64,000 nucleotides of DNA, taken from contig CM068757.1 in assembly GCA_035084275.1 (NCBI GenBank), positions 9,672,001 to 9,736,000 on the forward strand, written 5' to 3'. Of the stretch, positions 59,665 through 64,000 are shown one piece after another. Position numbers and translations under genes: made by a program. The notes under the pieces are model-generated. The model was given only the letters and a program-made list of their open reading frames with translations, was not told the origin of the DNA and did no database searches. This DNA is from Hydrolagus colliei. Lineage: Eukaryota. The stretch's first letter is position 1. Each line of letters opens with the position of its first letter.

Positions 59665-62276
59665 GTAAGTGCTGCCTCTGTCTGGTCTCCTATCTCTCCC
59701 TCACACATCACTGTAGAAATATTGAGGTGAAGAGTGGCTTTATTCACGGCTCCACACTCACATGGTCAAAGGGGATTTATTATATTTTACGCAGTAAATA
59801 ATTGGTGATTTCTGACAAATATGTAAGATTATAATATAATATTGAAACCATTGTATAGGCATAAATATGGGTATGAGCTCAGAGCATGTAGCATCTCTTG
59901 TCAGAAGGTTGTGGGATCGCATCACATCAGGACCTGAATTTACAGTCTGGCATGACACTGTGCAGTGTGTGCTGGGGGAGGCCTGTAATCCTGGAGGTGC
60001 CGTCTTTTGGTTGAGGTGTTGAACCGTTGTCCTGTCTGCCTGTTCAGCTAAACGTTAAAATTCCCACAGAATGATCAAAAAGAGACGGGAGTTTCTCCCA
60101 TTTTCTTGGCCTCTATATATCTCCAACTGTGTGTGCGTCTCTCTCTTTATGTCTCTCTATCTCTACATCTCTCGTTATCTTGCTCATTTCCACTTTCTGT
60201 CTTCCTTTCCCTTGTGTTTATTTGGGGAAAAGTTTAGAATTTCTAATTATTTATTTGTCAAAAGGCCAGTGTTCACCCTGTCTGGGAGCAGCTGTTGCAG
60301 GTTACTGGAGGCTCAGACAGGCTGGGTGTTTATGATAGAGTTTACATCACTACAGATCTAGCCTGGTGCCCTCTGCCTTGACATGCAGGCTTTTCACTTG
60401 TTTCTGTGGATTAGGTGTTGAGCCTTTCAGACCAGAAGTCCCAAGTTTCAAGCGCTGGTCTGGTAGCTGATCTGAGCTGTACTGGGGCAGAAGCTGTGCT
60501 GCTCCATTTGGTTTCTGGGACCCTATGTGTGAAGAGTCTGACGTCGTTCACAATCTGGGCTGAAATGTGAGAAACCCAGTGATTAAGGGAGAAAATTATT
60601 AAAGCTCATCTCACGATCAGCAAGGTAGATATCTCTCACCTTTCAGATATTGGGCAGATCAGATATAATAATAACTGTTGCATTTGGGTATAGTGCCTTA
60701 TATCTTAATTTAGTGTGAAATGGATTGATTGATTGTGTATTTGAAGCCATACTCGGCAGCACAATTGCACACAGCAAAGTCCCACAAACATTCATGGAAT
60801 GAGTGAGCAATTTTATTCGGTGGAATAATTACAGACCAAGACATCAGGAGGATTCCCTTCTCTCTTCAAATATTCCTGTGAGATCTTTAACATCCACTTG
60901 AACACGCAGACGGGACCTCGGTTTAACATCTCATCCAAAGGATGTTTCTCTTCAGCTGGGAGGGAACAGCTTTAATCCTATCAATACATTATACAGAGAA
61001 TATAAAGATTTTGAGCAAATTATACAGGACAGAATTACTATAGCGTGCTGTGCTTATGTATCAGCCTGGCCCAGTTGGTAGCACTCTTGTCTCTCTGTGT
61101 CAGAAGATAATGGTTGACCCTCTCAGTGCAGTGCTGCTGCAATGTTTACAACATGTTTCCATTTGATAATTCCTGCTTAAAAAATACCCAGGGTGTGTCT
61201 GTGAGACCATAGTGTCCTGTTATCATATATGTCACTCCGGGGACATATAGGATGTTTCAAAAGTCTTTATTGGGGTGATTCTGAGCCCGTGCTTTGAGGG
61301 ATGTGACAGCTGAGAAAGAAAGGGGGGCAGATGAGATTGAAAATAAAGGTCTAAAAGGCAAATCCACATGATCGTAATCTCTCATTTATCGTGTTTTCTC
61401 TCATTTATTAACAAATTCACAGAATGGCAGGGACAGGATTCACATTGAAGCCACCCCAGAACATTAGAGATCAGTCCTTTGGTCTATCGTTTAATCTTTT
61501 TTGCTAATTCGATAAATAACATAGATAAAAAGTTTGAGAAAAAAAACTTTAAAATTCTTAATTGTCTTTTACACAGCTGTGAAACTGAAGATATAGGATG
61601 TTATATATAAAGTTAAAAATTAAATGATACAGAGCAACAAACAGAAGCTTCAGTGTATATTTGTGCATGTGTTAGAGTCGGAAGAGAGAGTGTGTATGTG
61701 AGTGAGGGAGAGTGTGTTTATAGCCAAGTGAGAGATCGTGAAGGAGCCTGGGAATGAAACAAAGAGTAAGAGAGTGAATGGAAGAGAGAGCTCAGGCGGG
61801 AAGAGATAGAAGGACTGACATAGAGAGGTACTGTTTCACGCAGATAATAACTGTATCCATAAAACACACGCATTGCTAGTCAGAGTTGGGAAGTCACAGA
61901 GAGAATGGAAATGAGAGAATGAAAGAGAGAATGGGGAGGGAGGGCTAGAGAGAGTAATCAAAGTGCATCTCTTGAGTGGTATTGTCGATATCTCTCCTTT
62001 CAGATATGGGGCAGATCAGATCTCTGCAGCTGGGAAGCTCTCCCTACCACTAACTCAGACTCACCCATAATATCTGCCATCCGGCTACCTCCCTCTTCCC
62101 CTTCTCTCTTATTCAGGGTTGTACCCCATCCCTGAAAGCACTTTGGAGGTATTTACCTGTGTGAAGGACACATTAATCATGTTAATTTGTTGTTGTTCAA
62201 TTTTGAGTATATTAATATTGTTTTCTCAATATTAATCCTTTCTGAATAACTTTCTCGCAAATTGTTTCCATTTCAG

Positions 62277-62311
62277 AGCCAACAACAGCAGCTGGTTCAG
62301 AAGGGCAGTGA
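62277..62311 (+). CDS. Copy B putative terminal coding exon (EPTTAAGSEGQ*)
   Basis: Same acceptor and sequence as 28459-28493; AATAAA at 62398-62403. Confidence 0.55.
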
Positions 62312-62397
62312 CTGAACACTACCAGTAGATCAACAACAGGGTAACTAGCTATGTCACTTGCTGTCTTCCAGCTCTCTCCAGTCACTTTGTTAATTAA

Positions 62398-62403
62398 AAT
62401 AAA
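62398..62403 (+). promoter_or_regulatory. Candidate polyadenylation signal, copy B
   Basis: AATAAA at the position equivalent to 28580. Confidence 0.45.
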
Positions 62404-64000
62404 CTTTATTGATAAAATTAAGAGCTATGATGATGTGTTTGGGGATTAGAATGTGTTGTTTGGGTGATTAATATTTAGGAAATTCCTTTGCTTTAGATGG
62501 TGCAAATAATCGGTCTCCCAGGTCCCAGACACGTGGTATCCCAGGAAAGCATGATGGCCAGTCTAACCTCTCGTCACACAAATACTAAGTGTTCACTACA
62601 GCCACTGTCATCATCTCAGCTTTCGATTCTGACAACCACAATGTGAATATTGATCAGCTTTGTCAGTCGCTGAACAGCGATTAGTAATGTGTCAATTTTT
62701 CAGAAATATAAAGAATCTCTGAAATGGTAATTTGTTAAGACCTAAGGCTTAAAGTGGCGATGCTCTGCTTGTATCTCTTGATTAAGACGCTCGCATATTA
62801 ATTTTGTTTTTGACTAAGGTGTTTCGGTTGGATGTTTCCCAGATTCCCGCTCTGAGTCAGTCAAATGATTCCCAAACCATAATACCCATCACAGTCTATA
62901 AACCCATAGACTGTGATTGTGAAGTGGGCACAGTGCTGTCCAGGTACATGCTGCTGGGTTGTCGGTGGATTTGGCTTTGTGACTGTGGCTTCCTTTCAAT
63001 CCTGAGCATAAATTGGATCAACTTCCACATATATGCTTGGGACGTCCTCCTGATGAGAAAGGCACTCTATAAATGTAATTGTGTTGTTGTTGTTTTGTTG
63101 TGACTGCACTGCACTCTCCTGGTTTGTGTCCTACATAACTAACAGCCATCACTTGTCTCTGCAACTTATTTTTCCTATTGTCACCTGTGACGTACACCAA
63201 GGTTTCATCTTTGGTCCCCTACTTTTCTTTGTATATATGCTCTGCAGAGATTGGATCAACTTCCACATGTATGTTACTTCTCCTCCAGTATTAAACCCTC
63301 TTTGTACTTGTGCAGATGGCAAGAAGTTGGCTACAATGCTGTATTTTACTGTCATCTTGACTGGTGTTTTATTATTATGTATTATTATTGTATTATTATG
63401 TAGTACTATTACGTAAATATATAATTTTAAGCCAATTTTTGGTGTGGAAGCTGCACTTCTTTATCCAAGTCTCTTGTTCACCAATGTGGTCAAGAAGCAG
63501 TGAGTGGGAGAAGGAATGTTTTATGATAGTTTTTGTGCTATAAACCAGTGGTGGTGTTGCAGCTTGTGAGTTGAAGAAAATGTAAAGTAAGTAGGTATAA
63601 AGATATCTGTCGTAGCTGCTGCACTTCATGCAGGACAGTCGAAAGATAAAGAAACAAGAATACTCCCAAGAAGAAGAAAGAAACACAAGTTTTGCTGTGG
63701 TAAAATACCTTTCTGTATCTCACACATTGCTGTATACCGTATAAACTTTTCTTAAAAGGTTTTCTGTGAGCTTGATTATCTCCGTGTCCATAAACATAAC
63801 AAGACTTAATGTCAAAACAGGTCAATCGTTTCAATTCAATGAAACATAAATAAATGAAACTAAGGGAAGCAGCAGTGGGAGTTGCAGAAATGAAGAGGGT
63901 AGGAATCATATTCTGCTTGTCAAACAGTGAAGCTTTTGGGTCGTGGGAGGTCAGTCTGATGTCCAACACATATTGAAACCCACCACCAGGCTTAGGAGTA

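Larger units (their letters stand above)
34229..62311 (+). other. ncr3lg1-like: Gene model copy B, complete: leader, IgV, IgC1+TM, truncated D1, D2-D7, terminal exon; about 1218 aa
   Basis: Exon lengths 73+342+450+132+408+414+423+540+420+420+35 = 3657 nt = 1219 codons including stop, one continuous frame. V+C1+TM resembles B7-H6; tapasin-related or SIRP-like assignments are not excluded without a search. Confidence 0.75.

Noticed and set aside
45789-64000. Copy B as a mis-assembled haplotype of copy A
   Set aside because: C1 and D6 are far too divergent for alleles, and each copy has private insertions and deletions. Long reads would still be the formal test.

Overview
Eukaryotic intron/exon DNA. 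The repeat content (CR1 with an (ATTCTATG)n tail, L2, Deu-domain/SacSINE1-type SINEs) points to a cartilaginous fish. The window holds two tandem + strand paralogs of an immunoglobulin-superfamily type I membrane gene whose ectodomain resembles B7-H6/NCR3LG1. Copy A (2363-28493) lacks its leader and V exons, which must lie upstream of the window. Copy B (34229-62311) is complete: signal peptide, IgV, one fused IgC1+TM exon, then a tail, about 1218 aa if all exons are used. After the TM and a basic stop-transfer (KKTKQ), each copy continues through an array of phase-1 Ig C1-like exons. Copy A has 9; copy B has 6 plus one internally deleted. These domains have lost the canonical intradomain disulfide (B-strand Cys is mostly Trp and F-strand Cys is absent), consistent with a roughly 930-1265 aa cytoplasmic Ig array. 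The array is evolving by tandem exon-unit duplication, in-frame deletion, exon loss, in-frame capture of a retro-insert, and patchy exchange between paralogs. Copy B has a candidate interferon-responsive promoter (two GAS, one ISRE, a 26-bp hairpin). Introns contain an intact full-length CR1, L2 fragments, Tigger-like, Tc2/pogo-like and hAT elements, and many SINEs. All exon models are read by hand from splice signals and frames; none is transcript-verified. There are three N gaps.
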